Counted from the first letter of the stretch, positions 7,944 through 17,071 are shown. The stretch: DNA of 64,000 bases from a virus (IMGVR_UViG_3300046507_000639:64001-128000), one strand, 5' to 3'. A program made the numbers and translations. The notes: generated from the letters alone by a model not told the origin.

Positions 7944-7944
7944 C

Positions 7945-9666
7945 TCAATCTGAGCTGATCTGTGAGAAATTTTTCACTTTCTCAAACTTAATCGCGCGGT
8001 CGAACCGATCGAGCATCGCGTCGGTCTTGTGGCTGATGACGATCACGTTAGCCTCGGGAGCCGCGAGGCTGAGTATCTTCATGAACTCCTCGGTGCCGTC
8101 GCCGTCGAGCGAGCCGTCGAAGATCTCGTCGAAGATGAGCAGGTTCGTCGAGGCGCTGTTCCGCAGCTTCGCGATAGACCTCCAGGTGAACAGCATCGCG
8201 AGGTTGATCCTCGACTTCTCGCCCTCGCTGAACGAGGTGTATGAGAAGTCGTCGCGGTGGCGAGACTTGATGGTCTCGTTGAAGTTCTCGTCGAGCTCGA
8301 ATGAGACGAAGAAGTCCATCGCGGTCAGGTACTTATTTATGTACTTGTTGATGAGCGGCACGTACTTCTTGATGATCTTGGCCTTGATGCCAGAGTCCTT
8401 GAGCATTATCGCAGCGGCGCCGTAGAGGTCTTTCTCGCCGAGCAGCTTGGACTTCTTCTTCTCGAGGGACTTCTTCTCTCGTTCGAGTTTCTTGACGTCG
8501 TTCTCGTCGCCGTGGAAGGACGACTTCTTGTCCTGCAGCTCCCGTATCTCACGCTGGTGCTGCCTGATCTGGTTCTCGAGGGACTGTATCGTGGACAGAG
8601 CCACGGTGTTCTCGAGGTTGATCTGGCTGCACGCGTCGTGGACTTCTACCACGAACTTCAGCTTCTCTTTCGTGAGGTTGATCTCGTCCTCGAGCTTGTC
8701 CAGGCCCTCGCGAGTCTCACGGAGCACTTGCTCCTTGGAGTGCACGTGCTCGTGCTTGAAGTCGTGCGATATGTCCTGGTGACACGTCGGGCAGACGTCG
8801 TTGTCCTCGTAGAACTTGATGTCTTCCCTCACAGAGTCTATCTTTGAGGTGATCTGACTCGAGAGAGCGTTCAGCTTGGCGAGGCGGTTCCTGACCCTAG
8901 AGGGGTCGTCCTGGACAGACTCGAGCAGCTCGTCCCTCTTCGCGGAGTTGGCCCGGACCTTCACGTCATGCTCGGTGATCGACTCGAGGGCTGACTTGAT
9001 CTTGTCGTTGAGGACCGAGATCAGCGACTCGGCGTCCCGCACCATCGCGTCGACGTGCTTCTTCTGAAGTTCTATCTTCTGCTCGATCAGCTTCAGCTCG
9101 TACGTGAGCTCCTTGACCGAGGAGACGTTGCTGCCCGCGCGCTCCTTGAGGATGTTGTTCATCATCGAGAAGACCTGGAGGTCGAGGATGTCCTCGATGA
9201 TCTCGCGTCGGGCGCCGGTCGGCAGGTCCATGAACGGCACGAACGAGGTGGAGCCGAGGACGACCACCTGGCGGAACGTCTTGTAGTTCAGCTTGAGGAT
9301 CTGCTTCTCGAGCACCTCCTGGTAGTCGCGGTTCGCGGCGTCCTGGTTGAGCATGACTCCGTTGTGCCATATCTCGAAGACGTTCGGTATCTGGCCGCGG
9401 ACTACCCGATAGTACGACGATCCGATCGTGAACTCGAGCTCGACCAGCAGCTCCTTCTTGTTGATGGAGTTCTTCAGCTGTGGCTTGCGGATGTTCCTGA
9501 ACGGTCGGGCGAACAGCGCGTACGAGATGGCGTCGAGCATCGTGGACTTGCCGGCGCCGTTCTTGCCGACGACCAGAGTCGTCTTGTGGCTGTCGAGGGT
9601 GATCTCAGTGAAGACGTTGCCGGTAGACAAGAAGTTCTTGTACCGGACCAATTTGAAAGTGATCAA
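7945..9666 (-). CDS. gp46: Recombination endonuclease ATPase subunit (Rad50/SbcC-like)
   Basis: YKNFLSTGN, Walker A GKNGAGKST, zinc hook CPTC, signature FSEGEK, Walker B LLIFDE. Confidence 0.95.
   Translation of the reverse strand: MITFKLVRYKNFLSTGNVFTEITLDSHKTTLVVGKNGAGKSTMLDAISYALFARPFRNIRKPQLKNSINKKELLVELEFTIGSSYYRVVRGQIPNVFEIWHNGVMLNQDAANRDYQEVLEKQILKLNYKTFRQVVVLGSTSFVPFMDLPTGARREIIEDILDLQVFSMMNNILKERAGSNVSSVKELTYELKLIEQKIELQKKHVDAMVRDAESLISVLNDKIKSALESITEHDVKVRANSAKRDELLESVQDDPSRVRNRLAKLNALSSQITSKIDSVREDIKFYEDNDVCPTCHQDISHDFKHEHVHSKEQVLRETREGLDKLEDEINLTKEKLKFVVEVHDACSQINLENTVALSTIQSLENQIRQHQREIRELQDKKSSFHGDENDVKKLEREKKSLEKKKSKLLGEKDLYGAAAIMLKDSGIKAKIIKKYVPLINKYINKYLTAMDFFVSFELDENFNETIKSRHRDDFSYTSFSEGEKSRINLAMLFTWRSIAKLRNSASTNLLIFDEIFDGSLDGDGTEEFMKILSLAAPEANVIVISHKTDAMLDRFDRAIKFEKVKNFSQISSD
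8334..8341 (-). promoter_or_regulatory. Late-promoter variant CATAAATA inside gp46
   Basis: AT-rich patch with atypical ATA AAT codons. Confidence 0.4.
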
Positions 9667-10740
9667 TTAACTTACCGTGAGTGCCTCGTTGTAGAGCTCA
9701 GTCATGAAGGACTCCAGGCGGGGAGCGTCCTCATAGTTCATCGAGGCGACGTACTTTCTGAGGATGGTGAGCGTGTCTTCTGCCTCGTCGGGGAGTTCGT
9801 CCTCCCCTTCTTCTGCGAGCAGTTGACCGCGGTCTTCTATGACTTGCAGGCTGATAATATCATGTTTCTCGAATTTGTCAACTACTTTCTCGAGCAGGTA
9901 GGGGTCATTCTTGCACTTCACGATGACCTTGACGTACGTGTCACGGTACTTCTCGGCGTCGAACGACATCATCTGCTCGGCGGTCTTCTTCGAGTCATCG
10001 TAATAGAACTTGTTGAACATGTGGAACGGGTTCGCCACGAACGTCAGCTCTCGGGTGGCAGTGTCGAGGACGTGGAAGCCGCGTGCGTCGCCGTAGTCAG
10101 ACCACGTGTACTGGCCGGTCGAACCGAGGTAGTTGATGCTCCCCACGGTGGACTTGTGATGGTAGTGGCCCGAGCAGACGACGTCGAAGTTCTTCAGGAC
10201 GTCCTTGTCCATTCCGTGCTCGGCGACGGCGCCTCGGTACATCTCAAAGCCGGCCAGCTCGAGGTGTCCCATCAGCACGGTGGCCTTCGACGTCGAGAGC
10301 ATCTTGTAGGACGCGTCCTTGTTCGACGTGGTGATCCACGGCAGCAGCAGGATGTCGAGGCCGTCCACGTTGATCTCCGCGGGGTCCTCGTAGATGCTCA
10401 TCTTCTCGAGGTACTTCGAGCTGCCGTAGAGCGCCTGGAGCGCGTTCAGCTCGTTGGTGTCCTTGAACGCCACGTCGTGGTTCCCGAGGATGAAGTGCGA
10501 CTCGATGCCGCGCTCGTAGAGCGGCTCCATGAGGGTCGCAGTGAGCGATCGGGACGTGTTGAAGTTGATGTACTTCCTCCGGTCGACGGTGTCTCCGAGG
10601 TTGATCACGTGCCGGATGTCGTGGGCGTCGAGGTACGGGAAGAAGACCTCGAGGAAGAACTTCTCCTGGTTGGCGAGGAGAGCCTTGTTGTCTCCTCGGA
10701 CGCCGAAGTGCAGGTCAGTTATCAGTGCTATCTTTGTCAT
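9667..10740 (-). CDS. gp47: Recombination endonuclease subunit (Mre11/SbcD-like)
   Basis: Metallophosphoesterase motifs TDLHFG, LGD, GNHD, GHYH. Confidence 0.95.
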   Translation of the reverse strand: MTKIALITDLHFGVRGDNKALLANQEKFFLEVFFPYLDAHDIRHVINLGDTVDRRKYINFNTSRSLTATLMEPLYERGIESHFILGNHDVAFKDTNELNALQALYGSSKYLEKMSIYEDPAEINVDGLDILLLPWITTSNKDASYKMLSTSKATVLMGHLELAGFEMYRGAVAEHGMDKDVLKNFDVVCSGHYHHKSTVGSINYLGSTGQYTWSDYGDARGFHVLDTATRELTFVANPFHMFNKFYYDDSKKTAEQMMSFDAEKYRDTYVKVIVKCKNDPYLLEKVVDKFEKHDIISLQVIEDRGQLLAEEGEDELPDEAEDTLTILRKYVASMNYEDAPRLESFMTELYNEALTVS

Positions 10741-10915
10741 GGGCCTCTAGCTTCTCTCTCATGAACGCGTCGTACACTTTCTTCGCGAGCTCGTCCCTGT
10801 CGGCGTCTGTCACGTAGCCTCTCTCGATGAGGTAGTCTGCGCGTGAGTAGAACTTCCGACGGTACTCCTGGCCGAGCTCATCGAACTCAATCTTTCGAGA
10901 CACCTTTGTCGACAA
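10715..10915 (-). CDS. Hypothetical protein (66 aa)
   Basis: Fills the gp55-gp47 gap with overlaps; typical codon usage. Confidence 0.6.
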   Translation of the reverse strand: MSTKVSRKIEFDELGQEYRRKFYSRADYLIERGYVTDADRDELAKKVYDAFMREKLEAHDKDSTDN

Positions 10916-11435
10916 ACTTCTCTACTCCCTTGGGTTTCTTGGGCGGCGACTTCTTCTTCTCGAACTTCGCCACGTAGGACGCAGCCTTCTCGTCGTCGAT
11001 CGTGACGGTCTCACCAGTGCCGCCGAGGCTCATCTCGATGGACATGTTGACGAGCGACATGTGCTTGATGTACGACTGCTTCTTCTCTTTCTCGATGCGA
11101 CGGAGGAAGGCGAACCAGACGATCTGCGTGAAGTACGCGAAGGGGTTGCTGAACCTGTCGGGGTCGAACGAGTGGTAGCCGATGATGCAGTTCTCGATGC
11201 CGTCGCCGACCATCTCTGCCCGGAAGGAGTAGCCTGAGAAGTTTGGTCGGCTCGCCAGTCTCTCGGCTATCTTCATGAAGCACTCGCCGACGTAGTCAGG
11301 TATCCTCGGAGGCTCTGAGTTCCGCTTCTCTTCGGTGTGTTTCTTCACGGCCTCCCTGTGCTTTACGATGGCCGCGTAGAAGTCCTTGTTGTTGACGTAA
11401 TATTTTTTCTTAATTGCCACTGATCTTGAAACCAC
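10887..11435 (-). CDS. gp55: Late-transcription sigma factor
   Basis: YVNNKDF, GECFMKIAERLASRPNF, NPFAYFTQI...AFLRRIEKEKKQ. Start could alternatively be GTG 11420. Confidence 0.93.
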   Translation of the reverse strand: MVSRSVAIKKKYYVNNKDFYAAIVKHREAVKKHTEEKRNSEPPRIPDYVGECFMKIAERLASRPNFSGYSFRAEMVGDGIENCIIGYHSFDPDRFSNPFAYFTQIVWFAFLRRIEKEKKQSYIKHMSLVNMSIEMSLGGTGETVTIDDEKAASYVAKFEKKKSPPKKPKGVEKFVDKGVSKD

Positions 11436-11468
11436 GTATTAAAAATTTCGGGGAATGCACTTTATGGG

Positions 11469-11497
11469 TTGACAACATTTCTCAACTTTGGTATAAT
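11469..11497 (+). promoter_or_regulatory. Perfect-consensus sigma70 promoter with no downstream ORF
   Basis: TTGACA-N17-TATAAT with TGG before -10. Confidence 0.75.
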
Positions 11498-11674
11498 AGC
11501 TCTAGCTGCTCTACTAGATAACAATCAGTGACTCGAAGCTTGCTTCGACATGAGCTTGCTCATGGAGTTGATGGATACTGATAAAGAATGAAGCAGTCGA
11601 GAACGATTGAGAATGCTGAATAATCCATCAATGACTAGATGCGTCCGGGTGGACCCTGGACCAAAATAATTACG

Positions 11675-11703
11675 ATCATATACTGTTTCTAGATGAATGT
11701 AAA
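11675..11703 (-). promoter_or_regulatory. sigma70-like promoter upstream of gp55
   Basis: TTTACA-N17-TATGAT. Confidence 0.7.
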
Positions 11704-11737
11704 CGACAGATTGCGTGCTACGCACGGTTCGCTACGC

Positions 11738-13201
11738 TCACAGCTCGTAGACGAAGGTCTTGTAGTTAAACTTCTCAGCGTCGTACATCTTTACCCTCTC
11801 CATGAAGTGCTTCAGTGCGAAGTTGACGAAAGACCCGATGCGGAAGTCGTCTGCCACGTCGTAGAGAGTCACCTTGTTCGTCACTCCGTCCAGTCGCAGT
11901 CCACGACCTACTGACTGCAGGGTCGCAATTCGAGACTTAGACGGCGACACGAACACCAGGTTGTAGAGCTTCTTCATGTTCGTACCGGTGCTGATCGTGC
12001 CCATGGAGCCGACGATGACGATCCTCTTGCCTGACTTAGACTCGTCGATGAGCTTCCTTATCCGCTCTCGGTCCTCAGAGTCAGTCTTTCCCGCGATGAA
12101 GTACACCTCGGCAGAGTCGCCGAGCGCCTCCTTGATCATCTTGAAGAGGACCTCACCGTGCGTCTCTACCCGCTTGTAGAGCACGAGGGTGTTCCCCTCG
12201 AGGTTCTTCACGAGGTTCACGATGAAGGCGTTACGCTTCGAGTGGGAGTTGATGAACTTGACCTCGTCGTTGTATGTCTTGTTCGCCCTCACCGTCTTGC
12301 AGTCCTCCTTGTCGTACTTGAGCACGATCGCTCGTATCGACAGCTCGGACACGTGTCCGTCCTTCATGAGCTGCTCGGTGGAGGTGACCTTCCTGAAGCG
12401 TCCGAACAGTCCCTCGATCTGTACTTTGCTGACCGTGCTGCCGTCGAGCGTCCCCGTGAACGCGAAGCGGTCTGCCGTGGCGGCGCAGTTGGACATGATC
12501 GTGACGAGCGACTGGGCCTTGAACAGGTGAGCCTCGTCTCCTATGACGCAGTCGAACCGCGTGAACCACGACTTGGGCATCTTGTACAGGCTCTGCCAGG
12601 TGCTGATCGTGACCGGCTTCTCGACCGTCTTGTCTACGCCTCCGGTTATCTTCAGAGCGTCGAGCGGCGTCCCGCGGTTGTAGTCCGCGAAGTCTGAGTA
12701 CATCTGGTGCACCAGCTGAGTGGTGGGGACGATGATCAGCACTTCCTTGCCGGCCGCAAGCATGAACTGAGTGATGATGTAGATGATCAGGGACTTGCCT
12801 GATGAAGTCGGAGACAGGAAGCCTGCGCGTCGAGCGTTGACTGCGTCAAGAGCTGCGTCGAACTGGTAGTCTCGGGGGAGCATCGGCAGGTCGAGGTACC
12901 CGACGAACTTGGCGAAGTCAGCCCGAGACACGTTCCTCTTCGACTCGATGCCGGGACCCACCTCGAGCTCGTAGTCTTCTTCCTGGGCGAAGTCTCGCAG
13001 GTCGTCGAGCAGACCCGTGTACAGGAGCTGCTTCTTGGTGTCGAAGACGCGGATCGTCCCGTCCCAGATGCCGGCCTTGTACTTGGGCATGAACTTGTAG
13101 CCCGGCACTTTGAACGAGAACCGGTCGGATATCTCCATGAGAGTGCCGCGGTCGGCGTCGACGTGGAAGAACGCCTCGTCGACTTTGGTCAGTCTGATCA
13201 C
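11738..13201 (-). CDS. uvsW: SF2 DNA helicase UvsW
   Basis: F.F.VPGYKFMPKYKAGIWDG, PTSSGKS, GDEAH, TGT, QSVGRGLR. Confidence 0.93.
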   Translation of the reverse strand: MIRLTKVDEAFFHVDADRGTLMEISDRFSFKVPGYKFMPKYKAGIWDGTIRVFDTKKQLLYTGLLDDLRDFAQEEDYELEVGPGIESKRNVSRADFAKFVGYLDLPMLPRDYQFDAALDAVNARRAGFLSPTSSGKSLIIYIITQFMLAAGKEVLIIVPTTQLVHQMYSDFADYNRGTPLDALKITGGVDKTVEKPVTISTWQSLYKMPKSWFTRFDCVIGDEAHLFKAQSLVTIMSNCAATADRFAFTGTLDGSTVSKVQIEGLFGRFRKVTSTEQLMKDGHVSELSIRAIVLKYDKEDCKTVRANKTYNDEVKFINSHSKRNAFIVNLVKNLEGNTLVLYKRVETHGEVLFKMIKEALGDSAEVYFIAGKTDSEDRERIRKLIDESKSGKRIVIVGSMGTISTGTNMKKLYNLVFVSPSKSRIATLQSVGRGLRLDGVTNKVTLYDVADDFRIGSFVNFALKHFMERVKMYDAEKFNYKTFVYEL

Positions 13202-13638
13202 GACATGTCTCCGTTCTTGAACTTCAGGTAAGAAATAGCGTTGTTGATGTGGAAGCTGCGGTTGCCGATGACCCGGATGATGGAGTCGATGACGTCGACC
13301 TTCTCTTTCATGAGGGCCATACGAAGGCCGTGCTGGATGATCTCCTCGTCGGACTCAAGGTAGGTCGCCATGTCGGCCCGGAGGACTTTCAGCCGGAAGG
13401 GAGTGTAGCCGCGTTCACGCATGGTCTCGACGTCGAGGGTGCCCGAGTAGTAGTCGGTCTTGATCCTCTTGAGGACGGCGTGGTCTGCCTCGGCCTTCTT
13501 GAGTCGCATCCTCTCGTCGGACAGCATGCGGTAGTACTTGTTGTGGAGCCTCGATATCTTGAGGGAGGCGCCGTCGAGGTCGTTGGGAGAGATCACGGAG
13601 TCGACCTCCCACTCGGCGAATATCTCGTCGATTGTCAT
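13198..13638 (-). CDS. uvsY: Recombination mediator UvsY
   Basis: LHNKYY, DYYSG, P+.LKVLR.D+..YLE.D, NRSFHINNAI; adjacent to uvsW. Confidence 0.88.
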   Translation of the reverse strand: MTIDEIFAEWEVDSVISPNDLDGASLKISRLHNKYYRMLSDERMRLKKAEADHAVLKRIKTDYYSGTLDVETMRERGYTPFRLKVLRADMATYLESDEEIIQHGLRMALMKEKVDVIDSIIRVIGNRSFHINNAISYLKFKNGDMS

Positions 13639-13658
13639 GGTGTAGTTCCTCGCGAAGT

Positions 13659-14165
13659 TCAGACGAAGTCGAAGGTGTCGTAGTTGAACAGAACCGTCGT
13701 GGTCGCGTAGTTCGAGTCAGGGTTCTGGAAAGTGAAGTCGATCGCGCCGATAGAGATCGGGAACGCGTTCGTGTACTGGATGGTCTTCACGGGCTTATCG
13801 CTCGAGTCGAGCAGCGCGACGGTGAGGTCTGTGTAGAGGCCCTCTTTCGCTGCCGGTCCACCCGAGTTCTTCAGGGCAGCGTACTGAGAGTAGCTGTTCG
13901 GGAAGCCGAGTCCCTGCCACCACTTGAAGAGCTCGGTGTAGGACTGCATGGCCTCGTCGATGAAGAACGTCACGCGCAGCGGTTCGAACTGCGGCTGGTC
14001 GCCCGAGAACCGGATAGGTGAGAACGGGTTGTTCACTGTGGCCGGCGCGAACGATACGCCGGGCAGCGTCAGGCTCTGGACGAAGAAGCTCACGGTGGGC
14101 AGGCGCGCGACGTCAAACTGGAAGGAGTTGACGCTCAGGTAGTTTGTGTTGAGAATCTCGCTCAC
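13659..14165 (-). CDS. gp3: Tail completion and sheath stabiliser
   Basis: NYLS.NSFQF, V.FF.Q...LPG, L.VTF.IDE.M..Y.E+..W, NAFP.SIG. Start placed at GTG 14165 because ATG 14204 abuts the late promoter. Confidence 0.82.
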   Translation of the reverse strand: MSEILNTNYLSVNSFQFDVARLPTVSFFVQSLTLPGVSFAPATVNNPFSPIRFSGDQPQFEPLRVTFFIDEAMQSYTELFKWWQGLGFPNSYSQYAALKNSGGPAAKEGLYTDLTVALLDSSDKPVKTIQYTNAFPISIGAIDFTFQNPDSNYATTTVLFNYDTFDFV

Positions 14166-14168
14166 GTG

Positions 14169-14197
14169 TTTACATTCATCCAGAAATGGTTTATGTT
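14169..14197 (+). promoter_or_regulatory. sigma70-like early promoter
   Basis: TTTACA-N17-TATGTT; drives the + strand cassette. Confidence 0.6.
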
Positions 14198-14203
14198 CGT
14201 ACA

Positions 14204-14211
14204 TATTTATA
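14204..14211 (-). promoter_or_regulatory. Late promoter TATAAATA for gp3
   Basis: Exact box. Confidence 0.75.
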
Positions 14212-14229
14212 GGAAACGGGAGAACCGAC

Positions 14230-14439
14230 GTGTACCGTATTCAAGTCGTAGAGTCAGAGCGAGGCTGGGGCCAGAGGTACGAGTACTGGGACGGCTACGA
14301 GACGCTCGAGAAAGCCATAGAGGCCTACGCTCGCGTCAACGCCGAGAACACCTCCCCCGTCGCTCCTGACTGGTACATGAAGGCGCTGTCCATCGAGAAG
14401 CACGACGAGGAGACGAACGTATGGTTCAGAGTAAGGTGA
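14230..14439 (+). CDS. Hypothetical protein (69 aa)
   Basis: GTG start with GGGAGA SD; MYRIQVVESERGWGQ. Confidence 0.6.
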   Translation: MYRIQVVESERGWGQRYEYWDGYETLEKAIEAYARVNAENTSPVAPDWYMKALSIEKHDEETNVWFRVR

Positions 14440-14618
14440 GCGGCACGCGGTACGAGCCCATCTTCTACAGCGGAGAAGACGTTGGTGAAGGGTGGGTGAA
14501 CGTGTACCGTGACGCCCTGGCAGAGCGGTGGTACTCTATCAACTATCGGTTTCGGTCCCGGGCCGTGGAGTGCGCGGGTGCTGGCGTCCTCTATCGCATC
14601 CGCGTGAAGCTAAAATAG
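14436..14618 (+). CDS. Hypothetical protein
   Basis: GTGA overlap with the upstream stop. Confidence 0.5.
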   Translation: MSGTRYEPIFYSGEDVGEGWVNVYRDALAERWYSINYRFRSRAVECAGAGVLYRIRVKLK

Positions 14619-14621
14619 TGG

Positions 14622-14650
14622 TTGACAATTCTTTAAGATGGTGATATCCT
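14622..14650 (+). promoter_or_regulatory. sigma70-like early promoter
   Basis: TTGACA-N17-TATCCT. Confidence 0.68.
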
Positions 14651-14681
14651 GACTATACCAAATCGGAAAGGGAGTCTTACG

Positions 14682-14882
14682 ATGAGCCAGAAATTGAAGT
14701 TCTACGTGCGCCGCGAGTGGGGTTTCACCTTCGTCAAGGAAGCCAAGACCACTGTCAACCTCAACGGTGAGTGGGTGGTCCGCGACGAGGACGGAGACGT
14801 CGTCGACGTGTCGAAGGGCCTCGCGCACATCAAGTTTCGCTACGCGAACCACGACCTCGTGATCTTCGGAGAAGAAGAGTGA
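14682..14882 (+). CDS. Hypothetical protein (66 aa)
   Basis: GGGAG SD; typical codon usage. Confidence 0.65.
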   Translation: MSQKLKFYVRREWGFTFVKEAKTTVNLNGEWVVRDEDGDVVDVSKGLAHIKFRYANHDLVIFGEEE

Positions 14883-15142
14883 AGCGGTTCCGGATGGAAG
14901 GCTACGAGGTCACGTTCTATGAGGACGGCCACACGCAGCATGACGGTTACGGCGTGCACGCGGTCGAAGACCCGGAAGGCGAGTGGGTCGAGGTCGAAGC
15001 GGCTCGCGCTGAAGCGAAATCGGCCAGAGCCGCGGGATGTGACTACGCGTACGAAGAGTGCGCTGAGGCTGTAGAGCTCTATTTTGGTGAGGCCGGCAAG
15101 TGGCTGGCCGATCACATTCGCACGAGGAAGTCGAAGAAATGA
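14879..15142 (+). CDS. Hypothetical protein
   Basis: GTGA coupling; MKRFRMEGYEV...EDPEGEWVEVE. Confidence 0.55.
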   Translation: MKRFRMEGYEVTFYEDGHTQHDGYGVHAVEDPEGEWVEVEAARAEAKSARAAGCDYAYEECAEAVELYFGEAGKWLADHIRTRKSKK

Positions 15143-15327
15143 ACCTAATGCAACGCGTGAATTACTTCTTCGATTTGCTCAGCACCATTCGCTTCAGGTT
15201 CTTCACGATGGGCTTCATGCTGCATGTGGGACTGTTTGAGCATAGCTGGGTCCCGTTCATATTCGTAACTGTTGGGTCTCTGTTGATAGAGATCGGCCTC
15301 CTGATGGAGAGAAAGGAAAAGTCATGA
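15139..15327 (+). CDS. Small two-TM membrane protein
   Basis: ATGA coupling; hydrophobic segments FFTMGFMLHVGLF and WVPFIFVTVGSLLIEIGLL. Confidence 0.55.
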   Translation: MNLMQRVNYFFDLLSTIRFRFFTMGFMLHVGLFEHSWVPFIFVTVGSLLIEIGLLMERKEKS

Positions 15328-15731
15328 ACATCCGATACGTCGTGTTCAATTCCGCATGCGCATTCGCGGTGGCGTACTTCGCGTACTTCCACGGGGCGTT
15401 CTCCCTGCTCATGCAGTACGAGAAGACCCACGTCTCCCTGCTTATCCTGGCGATCTACGTGGCGTGTACGCTCTACCTGGGCGTCAAGGGCCAGGCCGCG
15501 AACTTCGCGGCGATCAACTTTCAGCGACTCGAGATGACGGCGCTAGGACTGCTCGGCACGATCGTCGGCTTCATCCTCATGTTCTCCCACGCGGGAGACC
15601 TGGCGACCTTCAAGGCGAACATGCTCATGGAGCTCGCGCCGGTCTTCCTCACGGGCGCCTTCGGCGTCGGACTCTCGTGGCTACTGGGCCAGCAAGTGAG
15701 CCTGTGCTACGGGAGGTACGAGGATGCCTAG
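15324..15731 (+). CDS. MotA/TolQ/ExbB proton-channel family protein (compact, 135 aa)
   Basis: Signature helix ALGLLGTIVGFILMF followed by a second helix FLTGAFGVGLSWLL; four predicted TMs. Confidence 0.75.
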   Translation: MNIRYVVFNSACAFAVAYFAYFHGAFSLLMQYEKTHVSLLILAIYVACTLYLGVKGQAANFAAINFQRLEMTALGLLGTIVGFILMFSHAGDLATFKANMLMELAPVFLTGAFGVGLSWLLGQQVSLCYGRYEDA

Positions 15732-16272
15732 ACACGTAGCGCTGGCATACATCGACCTGCTCACGTGTCTGCTTGCCGTCTTCTTCTGTTTCTTCATCAT
15801 CCTCGACGACAGCAAGACGAAGGGTAACGACACCAACGTCTCTCGCTTCCTAGCAGAAGTGACGTGGTCCAAGGACAGTCGCTCAGACGTGGACTTGTGG
15901 ATGAAGGCTCCCGACGGCTCGCTGACTTTCTACAAGCAGAAGCAGAACGGAAGCGTGAGCCTGGACGTGGACGACCGCGGCATGTTCAGCGTAGACGTGG
16001 TGCGCCGCGAGGTGATCAGCGTCAAGTCTCTCGTCCCGGGACACTACGTCGTCAACGTGATGCTCTACTCTAACGCCGAGGTTAAGTCAGACCTCAAGGT
16101 GAGGGCGACTGTGACATGTCTGATCCCGTTCTCAGTCATAGCTGAGAAAGACTTCGAGCTGAACAACACTGGTCAGGAAATGACGGTCGCGTCGTTCGAC
16201 GTTATGCCAGACGGCTCGGTTCAGAACATCGACAAGGACACACAAGTCATCCTCGGAAAGGTAGTCGAATGA
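15724..16272 (+). CDS. ExbD/TolR/MotB-like single-TM protein with a periplasmic YfaP/DUF2135-like domain
   Basis: N-terminal TM AYIDLLTCLLAVFF with an intramembrane Asp, then W...SDVDLW+..PDG...Y.......LD.DD.G.....E.I. Confidence 0.65.
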   Translation: MPRHVALAYIDLLTCLLAVFFCFFIILDDSKTKGNDTNVSRFLAEVTWSKDSRSDVDLWMKAPDGSLTFYKQKQNGSVSLDVDDRGMFSVDVVRREVISVKSLVPGHYVVNVMLYSNAEVKSDLKVRATVTCLIPFSVIAEKDFELNNTGQEMTVASFDVMPDGSVQNIDKDTQVILGKVVE

Positions 16273-16721
16273 CCCTACTTATCTTCGCTTTCACGGGCGT
16301 GCTGGCCGTGATCTTCGGCGTCGTGTCCATACTGAGGCCGAAGTGGATGATATTCGCCATCCCGTTCTCGTTCGCCTTCGCCTTCTTCGTGCAGACGCAG
16401 GTGGTCAACTACGTCGGTTACGCGCTTGACTCTTCTCTCGTGGAGGAAGGGAGAGAAGCAGCGGTGCTGTCGTCAGTCGAGGGCCGGGACTGGATCTACT
16501 ACATGGTCAAGTTCAGCGATGAGAGCGTCCCGCGCCTCGTGAAGTTCCCCGCCACAAAGGCGAACGACGAAGAGTCGAAGAAAAAGAGCGACGGGAAGGT
16601 CATCAAGTTCACGAAGAAAAAGACTGCCGGGAACGGAGCAGCTGGTGCAGGCGAGCCCTCAGACGGCCCGTCGTTCCAGATTATAGACCCGCAGCAGTCT
16701 GAGACCATGGGGAAGGAATGA
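16269..16721 (+). CDS. Membrane-anchored protein (two N-terminal TMs plus soluble domain)
   Basis: ATGA-coupled third gene of the operon. Confidence 0.65.
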   Translation: MTLLIFAFTGVLAVIFGVVSILRPKWMIFAIPFSFAFAFFVQTQVVNYVGYALDSSLVEEGREAAVLSSVEGRDWIYYMVKFSDESVPRLVKFPATKANDEESKKKSDGKVIKFTKKKTAGNGAAGAGEPSDGPSFQIIDPQQSETMGKE

Positions 16722-17071
16722 ACGTGAAGACAGAGAACAAGAAGACGGTGCACGTGGCCGTCTACAAGGCCAACGACGCGTCTGCTGCGACTGTAGAGAA
16801 ACCTGAGGGCTGTGAGGTCGAAGTGGTGCTCACTTTCGACAACTCCGATTGGAGCCCCCGTTACGGTCTCAAGAAGTGGACGGGTGACCCGCGCGCGGTT
16901 TACTACTGTGGTGATCTGAGCGAAGTTGGGCTAAAGAAATTCGTGGGCGACGACGCCCCGTGGGTGAATATGATCATCGTGCCCTGGTGGGTGCGAGACA
17001 TCAACTTCGCGAGCGGAAGGATCTTGACGGTCGAGGTCACCGAGACGTTTGAGGCCGTCGTACGCGAGTAG
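16718..17071 (+). CDS. Hypothetical protein (117 aa)
   Basis: ATGA coupling. Confidence 0.6.
   Translation: MNVKTENKKTVHVAVYKANDASAATVEKPEGCEVEVVLTFDNSDWSPRYGLKKWTGDPRAVYYCGDLSEVGLKKFVGDDAPWVNMIIVPWWVRDINFASGRILTVEVTETFEAVVRE

Noticed and set aside
11525-11725. 66-aa ORF in the gp55-uvsW intergenic region
   Set aside because: It starts upstream of the - strand promoter, has no SD and has non-phage codon usage. The region is better explained as regulatory.
14166-14204. ATG 14204 as the gp3 start
   Set aside because: It abuts TATAAATA, so it would lie upstream of or at the transcription start. Conserved gp3 sequence begins after GTG 14165.
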